The notes beneath the pieces were generated by a model, which saw nothing but the letters and a program-made list of their open reading frames with translations, did no database searches and was not told the origin of the DNA. Shown here piece by piece: positions 46,501 to 60,600 of a DNA stretch of 64,000 nt (position 1 is its first letter; each line of letters starts with the position of its first letter). Made by a program: the position numbers and the translations under genes. Source of the stretch: the human T2T-CHM13v2.0 reference genome, Homo sapiens. The stretch is from the NCBI RefSeq assembly GCF_009914755.1, contig NC_060945.1; one strand, written 5' to 3'.

Positions 46501-47957
46501 TATCAAAGTACCCCAAATATATATTATATACTCTACATGAAATATCAAAGTTCACAAACTATATATTATATACTGTACATAAAATATCAAAGTACCCAAG
46601 GTATATATTCTATAATGTACAAAAAATATCAAAGTACCCAAAGCGTGTATTATATACTGTACATAAAATATGAAAGTACATCAAATATATATTTTATTCT
46701 GTAGATAATATATCAAAGTACACCAGATATATATTCTATAGTGTACATAAAATATCAAAGTACCCAAACTATACATTATATACTGTACATAAAATATGAA
46801 ATTACATCAAATATCTATTATATTAGGTACATAAAATATGAAAGTACATCAAATATAGATTATATACTGTACATTAAATACCAAAGTACCCCAAATATAT
46901 ATTTTATACTGTACATGAAATATCAAAGTTCACAAACTATATATTATATACTGTACATATAATATCAAAGTACCCAAGGTATATATTCTATACTGTACAA
47001 AAAATATCAAAGTACCCAAAGCATGTATTATATACAGTACATAAAATATGAAAGTACATCAAATATATATTTTATTCTGTACATAAAATATCAAAGTACA
47101 CCAGATATATATTCTATAGTGTACATAAAATAACAAAGTACACAAACTATAAATTATATACTGTACATAAAATATGAAATTACATCAAATATATATTAGG
47201 TACATAAAATATGAAAGTACATCAAATATAGATTATATACTGTACATAAAATATCAATGTACCCCAAATATATAATTTATACTCTACATGAAATACCAAA
47301 GTTCACAAACCATATATTATATACTGTACATAAAATATCAAAGCACCCAAGGTATATATTCTATACTGTACAAAAAATATCAAAGTACCCAAAGCATGTA
47401 TTATATACTGTACATAAAATATGAAAGTACATCAAATATATATTTTATTCTGTACATAAAATATCAAAGTACACCAGATATATATTCTATAGTGTACATA
47501 AAATATCAAAGTACCCAAACTATACATTATATACTGTACATAAAATATGAAATTACATCAAATATATATTATATTAGGTACATAAAATATGAAAGTACAT
47601 CAAATATAGATTATATACAGTACATAAAATATCAAAGTACCCCAAATATATATTATATGCTCTACATGAAATATCAAAGTTCACAAACCATATATTGTAT
47701 ACTGTACATAAAATATCAAAGTACCCAAGGTATATATTCTATACTGTACAAAAAATATCAAAGTACACAAAGCGTGTATTATATACTGTACATAAAATAT
47801 GAAAGTACATCAAATATATATTTTATTCTGTACATAATATATCAAAGTACACCAGATATATATTCTATAGTGTACATAAAATATCAAAGTACCCAAACAA
47901 TACATTATATACTGTACATAAAATATGAAATTACATCAAATATATATTATATTAGGT

Positions 47958-48335
47958 ACATAAAATATGAAAGTACATCAAATATAGATTATATACTGTA
48001 CATTAAATACCAAAGTACCCCAAATATATATTTTATACTGTACATGAAATATCAAAGTTCACAAACTATATATTATATACTGTACATAAAATATCAAAGT
48101 ACCCAAGGTATATATTCTATACTGTACAAAAAATATCAAAGTACCCAAAGCATGTATTATATACTGTACCTAAAATATGAAAGTACATCAAATATATATT
48201 TTATTCTGTACATAAAATATCAAAGTACACCAGATATATATTCTATAGTGTACATAAAATATCAAAGTACCCAAACTATACATTATATACTGTACATAAA
48301 ATATGAAATTACATCAAATATATATTATATTAGGT
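47958..48335 (+). repeat. Example of the basic 378-bp 9-mer HOR unit
   Basis: Successive ...ttaggt|acataaaa junctions at 47958 and 48336 are 378 bp apart. Nine distinguishable monomers recur in fixed order (m1 gaaagtacatcaaatatagat, m2 gtaccccaaat, m3 gttcacaaac, m4 cccaaggt..ttct, m5 cccaaagcatg, m6 gaaagtacatc..ttttattct, m7 caccagat..ttctatagtg, m8 cccaaactatacat, m9 gaaattacatc..ttagg). Confidence 0.97.
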
Positions 48336-49389
48336 ACATAAAATATGAAAGTACATCAAATATAGATTATACACTGTACATAAAATATCAAAGTACCCCA
48401 AATATATATTATATACTCTACATGAAATATCAAAGTTCACAAACTATATATTATATACTGTACATAAAATAAAGTCCCCAAGGTATATATTCTATACTGT
48501 AGAAAAAATATCAAAGTACCCAAAGCATGTATTATATACTGTATATAAAATATGAAAGTACATCAAATATATATTTTATTCTGTACATAATATATCAAAC
48601 TACACCAGATATATATTCTATAGTGTACATAAAATAACAAAGTACAAAAACTATAAATTATATACTGTACATAAAATATGAAATTACATCAAATATATAT
48701 TAGGTACATAAAATATGAAAGTACATCAAATATAGATTATATACTGTACATAAAAATTCAATGTACCCCAAATATATATTTTATACTCGACATGAAATAT
48801 CAAAGTTCACAAACCATATAATATATACTGTACATAAAATATCAAAGTACCCAAGGTATATATTCTATAATGTACAAAAAATATCAAAGTACCCAAACCA
48901 TGTATTATATACTGTACATAAAATATGAAATTACATCAACTATATATTTTATTCTGTACATAAAATATCAAAGTACACCAGATATATATTCTATAGTGTA
49001 CATAAAATATCAAAGTACCCAAACTATACATTATATACTGTACATAAAATATGAAATTACATCAAATATTTATTATATTAGGTACATAAAATATGAAAGT
49101 ACATCAAATATAGATTATATACTGTACATTAAATACCAAACTACCCCAAATATATATTTTATACTGTACATGAAATATCAAAGTTCACAAACTATATATT
49201 ATATACTGTACATAAAATATCAAAGTACCCAAGGTATATATTCTATACTGTATAAAAAATATCAAAGTACCCAAAGCATGTATTATATACTGTACCTAAA
49301 ATATGAAAGTACATCAAATATATATTTTATTCTGTACATAAAATATCAAAGTACACCTGATATATATTCTATAGTGTACATAAAATAAC

Positions 49390-52300
49390 AAAGTACACAA
49401 ACTATACATTATATACTGTACATAAAATATGAAATTACATCAAATATATATTAGGTACATAAAATATGAAAGTACATCAAATATAGATTATATACTGTAC
49501 ATGAAATATCAATGTACCCCAAATATATATTTTATACTATACATGAAATATCAAAGTTCACAAACCATATATTGTATACTGTACATAAAATATCAAAGTA
49601 CCCAAGGTATATGTTCTATACTGTACAAAAAATATCAAAGTACCCAAAGCATGTATTATATACTGTACATAAAATATGAAAGTACATCAAATATATATTT
49701 TATTCCGTACATAAAATATGAAAGTACACCAGATATATATTCTATAGTGTACATAAAATATCAAAGTACACAAACTATACATTATATACTGTACATAAAA
49801 TATGAAATTACATCAAATATATATTATATAAGGTACATAAAATATGAAAGAACATCAAATATAGATTATATACTCTACATTAAATACCAAAGAAACCCAA
49901 ATATATATTATATACTCTACATGAAATATCAAAGTTCAAAAACTATATATTATATACTGTACATAAAATATCAAAGTACCCAAGGTATATATTCTATACT
50001 GTACAAAAAATATCAAAGTACCCAAAGCATGAATTATATACTGTATATAAAATATGAAAGTACATCAAATATATATTTTATTCTGTACATAAAATATCAA
50101 AGTACACCAGATATATATTCTATAGTGTACATAAAATAACAAAGTACAAAAACTATAAATTATATACTGTACATAAAATATGAAATTACATCAAATATAT
50201 ATTAGGTACATAAAATATGAAAGTACATCAAATATAGATTATATACTGTACATAAAATATCAATGTACCCCAAATATATATTTTATACTCGACATGAAAT
50301 ATCAAAGTTCACAAACCATATAATATATACTGTACACAAAATATCAAAGTACACAAGGTATATATTCTATAGTGTACAAAAAATATCAAAGTACCCAAAG
50401 CATGTATTATATACTGTACATAAAATATGAAAGTACATCAAATATATATTTTATTCTGTACATAAAATATCAAAGTACACCAGATATATATTCTATAGTG
50501 TACATAAAATATCAAAGTACCCAAACTATACATTATATACTGTACATAAAATATGAAATTACATCAAATATATATTATATTAGGTACATAAAATATGAAA
50601 GTACATCAAATATAGATTATATACTGTACATTAAATACCAAAGTACCCCAAATATATATTTTATACTGTACATGAAATATCAAAGTTCACAAACTATATA
50701 TTATATACTGTACATATAATATCAAAGTACCCAAGGTATATATTCTATACTGTACAAAAAATATCAAAGTACCCAAAGCATGTATTATATACAGTACATA
50801 AAATATGAAAGTACATCAAATATTTATTTTATTCTGTACATAAAATATCAAAGTACACCAGATATATATTCTATAGTGTACATAAAATAACAAAGTACAC
50901 AAACTATAAATTATATACTGTACATAAAATATGAAATTACATCAAATATATATTAGGTACATAAAATATGAAAGTACATTAAATATAGATTATATACTGT
51001 ACATAAAATATCAATGTACCCCAAATATATATTTTATACTCTACATGAAATACCAAAGTTCACAAACCATATATTATATACTGTACATAAAATATCAAAG
51101 TACCCAAGGTATATATTCTATACTGTACAAAAAATATCAAAGTACCCAAAGCATGTATTATATACTGTACATAAAATATGAAAGTACATCAAATATATAT
51201 TTTATTCTGTACATAATATATCAAAGTACACCAGATATATATTCTATAGTGTACATAAAATATCAAAGTACCCAAACTATACATTATATACTGTACATAA
51301 AATATGAAATTACATCAAATATATATTATATTAGGTACATAAAATATGAAAGTACATCAAATATAGATTATATACTGTACATAAAATATCAAAGTACCCC
51401 AAATATATATTATATACTCTACATGAAATATCAAAGTTCACAAACTATATATTATATACTGTACATAAAATATCAAAGTACCCAAGGTATATATTCTATA
51501 ATGTACAAAAAATATCAAAGTACCCAAAGCGTGTATTATATACTGTATATAAAATATGAAATTATATCAAATATATATTTTATTCTGTACATACAATATC
51601 AAAGTACACCAGATATATATTCTATAGTGTACATAAAATATCAAAGTACCCAAACTATACATTATATACTGTACATAAAATATGAAATTACATCAAATAT
51701 ATATTATATTAGGTACATAAAATATGAAAGTACATCAAATATAGATTATATACTGTACATTAAATACCAAAGTACCCCAAATATACATTTTATACTGTAC
51801 ATGAAATATCAAAGTTCACAAACTATATATTATATACTGTACATAAAATATCAAAGTACCTAAGGTATATATTCTATACTGTACAAAAAATATCAAAGTA
51901 CCCAAAGCACGTATTATATACTGTACCTAAAGTATGAAAGTACATCAAATATATATTTTATTCTGTACATAAAATATGAAAGTACACCAGATATATATTC
52001 TATAGTGTACATAAAATATCAAAGTACCCAAACTATACATTATATACTGTACATAAAATATGAAATTACATCAAATATATATTATATTAGGTACATAAAA
52101 TATGAAAGTACATCAAATATAGATTATACACTGTACATAAAATATCAAAGTACCCCAAATATATATTATATACTCTACATGAAATATCAAAGTTCACAAA
52201 CTATATATTATATACTGTACATAAAATAAAGTCCCCAAGGTACATATTCTATACTGTAGAAAAAATATCAAAGTACCCAAAGCATGTATTATATACTGTA

Positions 52301-55300
52301 TATAAAATATGAAAGTACATCAAATATATATTTTATTCTGTACATAATATATCAAAGTACACCAGATATATATTCTATAGTGCACATAAAATAACAAAGT
52401 ACAAAAACTATAAATTAATATACTGTACATAAAATATGAAATTACATCAAATATATATTAGGTACATAAAATATGAAAGTACATCAAATATAGATTATAT
52501 ACTGTAAATAAAATTTCAATGTACCCCAAATATATATTTTATACTCTACATGAAATATCAAAGTTCACAAACCATATATTATATACTGTACTTAAAATAT
52601 CAAAGTTCCCAAGGTATATATTCTATACTATACAAAAAATATCAAAGTACCCAAAGCATGTATTATATACTGTACCTAAAATATGAAAGTACATCAAATA
52701 TATATTTTATTCTGTACATAAAATATCAAAGTACACCAGATATATATTCTATAGTGTACATAAAATATCAAAGTACCCAAATTATACATTATATACTGTA
52801 CATAAAATATGAAATTACATCAAATATATTTTATATTAGGTACATGAAATATGAAAGTACATCAAATATAGATTATATACTGTACATTAAATACCAAAGT
52901 ACCCCAAGTATATATTTTATACTGTACATGTAATATCAAAGTTCACAAACTATATATTGTATACTGTACATATAATATCAAAGTACCCAAGGTATATATT
53001 CTATACTGTACAAAAAATAACAAAGTACCAAAAGCATGTATAATATACTGTACATAAAATATGAAAGTACATCAAATATATATTTTATTCTGTACATAAA
53101 ATATCAAAGTACACCAGATATATATTCTATAATGTACATAAAATATCAAAGTACCCAAACTATACATTATATACTGTAAATAAAATATGAAATTACATCA
53201 AATATATTTTATATTAGGTACATAAAATATGAAAGTACATCAAATAGAGATTATATACTGTACATTAAATACCAAAGTACCCCAAATATATATTTTATAC
53301 TGTACATGAAATATCAAAGTTCACAAACTATATATTATATACTGTACATAAATTATCAAAGTACCCAAGGTATATATTCTATACTGTACAAAAAATATCA
53401 AAGTACCCAAAGCATGTATTATAAACTGTACATAAAATATGAAAGTACATCAAATATATATTTTATTCTGTACATAATATATCAAAGTACACCAGATATA
53501 TATTCTATAGTGTACATAAAATAACAAAGTACACAAACTATACATTATATACTGTACATAAAATATGAAATTACATCAAATATATATTAGGTACATAAAA
53601 TATGAAAGTACATCAAATATAGATTATATACTGTACATAAAATATCAATGTACCCCAAATATATATTTTATACTATACATGAAATATCAAAGTTCACAAA
53701 CCATATATTGTATACTGTACATAAAATATCAAAGTACCCAAGGTATATGTTCTATACTGTACAAAAAATATCAAAGTACCCAAATCATGTATTATATACT
53801 GTACATAAAATATGAAAGTACATCAAATATATATTTTATTCCGTACATAAAATATGAAAGTACACCAGATATATATTCTATAGTGTACATAAAATATCAA
53901 AGTACACAAACTATACATTATATACTGTACATAAAATATGAAATTACATCAAATATATATTATATAAGGTACATAAAATATGAAAGAACATCAAATATAG
54001 ATTATATACTGTACATTAAATACCAAAGAAACCCAAATATATATTATATACTCTACATGAAATATCAAAGTTCAAAAACTATATATTATATACTGTACAT
54101 AAAATATCAAAGTACCCAAGGTATATATTCTATACTGTACAAAAAATATCAAAGTACCCAAAGCATGAATTTTATACTGTATATAAAATATGAAAGTACA
54201 TCAAATATATATTTTATTCTATACATAAAGTATCAAAGTACACCAGATATATATTCTATAGTGTACATAAAATAACAAAGTACAAAAACTATAAATTATA
54301 TACTGTACATAAAATATGAAATTACATCAAATATATATTAGGTACATAAAATATGAAAGTACATCAAATATAGATTATATACTGTACATAAAATATCAAT
54401 GTACCCCAAATATATATTTTATACTCGACATGAAATATCAAAGTTCACAAACCATATAATATATACTGTACATAAAATATCAAAGTACCCAAGGTATATA
54501 TTCTATAGTGTACAAAAAATATCAAAGTACCCAAAGCATGTATTATATACTGTACATAAAATATGAAAGTACATCAAATATATATTTTATTCTGTACATA
54601 AAATATCAAAGTACACCAGATATATATTCTATAGTGTACATAAAATATCAAAGTACCCAAACTATACATTATATACTGTACATAAAATATGAAATTACAT
54701 CAAATATATATTATATTAGGTACATAAAATATGAAAGTACATCAAATATAGATTATATACTGTACATTAAATACCAAAGTACCCCAAATATATATTTTAT
54801 ACTGTACATGAAATATCAAAGTTCACAAACTATATATTATATACTGTACATATAATATCAAAGTACCCAAGGTATATATTCTATACTGTACAAAAAATAT
54901 CAAAGTACCCAAAGCATGTATTATATACAGTACATAAAATATGAAAGTACATCAAATATTTATTTTATTCTGTACATAAAATATCAAAGTACACCAGATA
55001 TATATTCTATAGTGTACATAAAATAACAAAGTACACAAACTATAAATTATATACTGTACATAAAATATGAAATTACATCAAATATATATTAGGTACATAA
55101 AATATGAAAGTACATCAAATATAGATTATATACTGTACATAAAATATCAATGTACCCCAAATATATATTTTATACTCGACATGAAATACCAAAGTTCACA
55201 AACCATATAATATATACTGTACATTAAATATCAAAGTACGCAAGGTATATATTCTATACTGTACAAAAAATATCAAAGTACCCAAAGCATGTATTATATA

Positions 55301-57600
55301 CTGTACATAAAATATGAAAGTACATCAAATATATATTTTATTCTGTACATAAAATATCAAAGTACACCAGATATATATTCTATAGTGTACATAAAATATC
55401 AAAGTACCCAAACTATACATTATATACTGTACATAAAATATGAAATTACATCAAATATATATTATATTAGGTACATAAAATATGAAAGTACATCAAATAT
55501 AGATTATATACTGTACATTAAATACCAAAGTACCCCAAATATATATTTTATACTGTACATGAAATATCAAAGTTCACAAACTATATATTATATACTGTAC
55601 ATAAAATATCAAAGTACCCAAGGTATATATTCTATACTGTACAAAAAATATCAAAGTACCCAAAGCATGTATTATATACTGTATATAAAATATGAAATTA
55701 CATCAAATATATATTTTATTCTGTACATACAATATCAAAGTACACCAGATATATATTCTATAGTGTACATAAAATATCAAAGTACCCAAACTATACATTA
55801 TATACTGTACATAAAATATGAAATTACATCAAATATATATTATATTAGGTACATAAAATATGAAAGTACATCAAATATAGATTATATACTGTACATTAAA
55901 TACCAAAGTACCCCAAATATACATTTTATACTGTACATGAAATATCAAAGTTCACAAACTATATATTATATACTGTACATAAAATATCAAAGTACCTAAG
56001 GTATATATTCTATACTGTACAAAAAATATCAAAGTACCCAAAGCATGTATTATATACTGTACCTAAAATATGAAAGTATATCAAATATATATTTTATTCA
56101 GTACATAAAATATCAAAGTACACCAGATATATATTCTATAGTGTACATAAAATATCAAAGTACCCAAACTATACATTATATACTGTACATAAAATATGAA
56201 ATTACATCAAATATATATTATATTAGGTACATAAAATATGAAAGTACATCAAATATAGATTATACACTGTACATAAAATATGAAAGTACCCCAAATATAT
56301 ATTATATACTCTACATGAAATATCAAAGTTCACAAACTATATATTATATACTGTACATAAAATAAAGTCCCCAAGGTATATATTCTATACTGTAGAAAAA
56401 ATATCAAAGTACCCAAAGCATGTATTATATACTGTATATAAAATATGAAAGTACATCAAATATATATTTTATTCTGTACATAATATATCAAAGTACACCA
56501 GATATATATTCTATAGTGTACATAAAATAACAAAGTACAAAAACTATAAATTATATACTGTACATAAAATATGAAATTACATCAAATATATATTAGTTAC
56601 ATAAAATATGAAAGTACATCAAATATAGATTATATACTGTACATAAAATTTCAATGTACCCCAAATATATATTTTATACTCTACATGAAATATCAAAGTT
56701 CACAAACCATATATTATATACTGTACATAAAATATCAAAGTTCCCAAGGTATATATTCTATACTATACAAAAAATATCAAAGTACCCAAAGCATGTATTA
56801 TATACTGTACCTAAAATATGAAAGTACATCAAATATATATTTTATTCTGTCCATAAAATATCAAAGTACACCAGATATATATTCTATAGTTTACATAAAA
56901 TATCAAAGTACCCAAACTATACATTATATACTGTACATAAAATATGAAATTACATCAAATATATTTTATATTAGGTACATGAAATATGAAAGTACATCAA
57001 ATATAGATTATATACTGTACATTAAATACCAAAGTACCCCAAATATATATTTTATACTGTACATGTAATATCAAAGTTCACAAACTATATATTATATACT
57101 GTACATATAATATCAAAGTACCCAAGGTATATATTCTATACTGTACAAAAAATAACAAAGTACCAAAAGCATGTATAATATACTGTACATAAAATATGAA
57201 AGTACATCAAATATATATTTTATTCTGTACATAAAATATCAAAGTACACCAGATATATATTCTATAATGTACATAAAATATCGAAGTACCCAAACTATAT
57301 ATTATATACTGTAAATAAAATATGAAATTACATCAAATATATTTTATATTAGGTACATAAAATATGAAAGTACATCAAATATAGATTATATACTGTACAT
57401 TAAATACCAAAGTACCCCAAATATATATTTTATACTGTACATGAAATATCAAAGTTCACAAACTATATATTATATACTGTACATAAATTATCAAAGTACC
57501 CAAGGTATATATTCTATACTGTACAAAAAATATCAAAGTACCCAAAGCATGTATTATATACTGTACATAAAATATGAAAGTACATCAAATATATATTTTA
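49390..57600 (+). repeat. Tandem duplication of a ~4136-bp (11 x 9-mer) unit
   Basis: ORF pairs 49429/53565 and 50372/54508 are offset by 4136, and 53306/57441 by 4135. Shared private variants include gaaagaacatc, caaagaaaccc, gttcaaaaac, gcatgaat, atacaatatc, atacatttt, acctaagg and catgtaatatc. Confidence 0.9.
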
Positions 57601-60600
57601 TTCCGTACATAAAATATGAAAGTACACCAGATATATATTCTATAGTGTACATAAAATATCAAAGTACACAAACTATACATTATATACTGTACATAAAATA
57701 TGAAATTACATCAAATATATATCATATAAGGTACATAAAATATGAAAGTACATCAAATATAGATTATATACTGTACATAAAATATCAATGTACCCCAAAT
57801 ATATATTTTATACTCTACATGAAATATGAAAGTTCACAAACCATATATTATATACTGTACATAAAATATCAAAGTACCCAATGTATATATTCTATACTAT
57901 ACAAAAAATATCAAAGTACCCAAAGCATGTATTATATACTGTACATAAAATATGAAAGTACATCAAATATATATCTTATTCTGTACATAAAATATCAAAG
58001 TACCCAAACTATACATTATATACTGTACATAAAATATGAAATTACATCAAATATATATTAGGTACATAAATATGAAAGTACATCAAATATAGATTATATA
58101 CTGTACATAAAATATCAAAGTACCCCAAATATCTATTATATACTCTACATGAAATATCAAAGTTCACAAACTATATATTATATACTGTACATATAATATG
58201 AAAGTACCCAAGGTATATATTGTATAGTGTACAAAAAATATGAAAGTACCCAAAGCATGTATTATATACTGTACATAAAATATGAAAGTACATCAAATAT
58301 ATATTTTATTCTGTACATAAAATATCAAAGTACACCAGATATATATTCTATAGTGTACATAAAATATCAAAGTACCCAAACTATACATTATATACTGTAC
58401 ATAAAATATGAAATTACATCAAATATATATTATATTAGGTACATAAAATATGAAAGTACATCAAATATAGATTATATACTGTACATAAAATATCAAAGTA
58501 CCCCAAATATATATTATATAGTGTACATGAAATATCAAAGTTCACAACTATATATTATATACTGTACATAAAATATCAAAGTCCCCAAGGTATATATTCT
58601 ATACTGTACAAAAAATATCAAAGTACCCAAAGCATGTATTATATACTGTACATAAAATATGAAATTACATCAAATATATATTATATTAGGTACATAAAAT
58701 ATGAAAGTACATCAAATATAGATTATATACTGTACATAAAATATCAAAGTACCCCAAATATATATTATATACTGTACATGAAATATCAAAGTTCACAACT
58801 ATATATTACATACTGTACATAAAATATCAAAGTACCCAATTTATATATTCTATACTGTACAAAAAATATCAAAGTACCCAAAGCATGTATTATATACTGT
58901 ACATAAAATATGAAAGTACATCAAATATATATTTTATTCTGTACATAAAATATCAAAGTACAGAAGATATATATTCTATAGTGTACATAAAATATCAAAG
59001 TACCCAAACTATACATTATATACTGTACATAAAATATGAAATTACATCAAATATATATTAGGTACATAAAATATGAAAGTACATCAAATATAGATTATAT
59101 ACTGTACATTAAATATCAAAGTACCCGAAATATATATTATATACTGTACATGAAATATCAAAGTTCACAAACTATATATTATATACTGTACATAAAATAT
59201 CAAAGTACCCAAGGTATATATTCTATACTGTACAAAAAATATCAAAGTACCCAAAGCATGTATTATATACTGTACATAAAATATGAAAGTACATCAAATA
59301 TATATTTTATTCTGTACATAAAATACCAAGTACACCAGATATATATTCTATAGTGTACATAAAATAACAAAGTACACAAACTATAAATTATATACTGTAC
59401 TTAAAATATGAAATTACAACAAATATATATTAGGTACATAAAATATGAAAGTACATCAAATATAGATTATATACTGTACATATAATATCAATGTACCCCA
59501 AATATATATTTTATTCTCTACATGAAATATAAAGGTTCACAAACCATATATTATATACTGTACATAAAATATCAAAGTACCCAAGGTATATATTCTATAC
59601 TGTACAAAAAATATCAAAGTACCCAAAGCATGTATTATACACTGTACATAAAATATGAAAGTACATCAAATATATATTTTATTCTGTACATAAAATATCA
59701 AAGTACACCAGATATATATTCTATAGCGTACATAAAATATCAATTTACCCAAACTATACATTATATACTGTACATAAAATATGAAATTACATCAAATATT
59801 TATTATATTAGGTACATAAAATATGAAAGTACATCAAATATAGATTATATACTGTACATAAAATATCAAAGTACCCCAAATATATATTATATACTCTACA
59901 TGAAATATCAAAGTTCACAAACTATATATTATATACTGTACATAAAATATCAAAGCACCCAAGGTATATATTCTATACTGTACAAAAAATATCAAAGTAC
60001 CCAAAGCATGTATTATATACTATATATAAAATATGAAAGTACATCAAATATATATTTTATTCTGTACATAAAATATCAAAGTACACCAGATATATATTCT
60101 ATAGTGTACATAAAATATCAAAGTACCCAAACTATAAATTATATACTTTACATAAAATATGAAATTACATCAAATTTATGTTAGGTACATAAAATATGAA
60201 AGTACATCAAATATAGATTATATACTGTACATAAAATATCAAAGTACCCCAAATATATATTATATACTGTACATGAAATATCAAAGTTCAGAAACTATAT
60301 ATTATATACTGTACATAAAATATCAAAGTACCTAAGGTATATATTCTATACTGTACAAAAAATATCAAAGTACCCAAAGCATGTATTATATACTGTATAT
60401 AAAATATGAAAGTACATCAAATATATATTTTATTCTGTACAGAAAATATCAAAGTACACCAGATATATATTCTATAGTGTACATAAAATAACAAAGTACA
60501 CAAACTATAAATTATATACTATACATAAAATATGAAATTACATCAAATATATATTAGGAACATAAAATATGAAAGTACATCAAATATAGATTCTATACTG

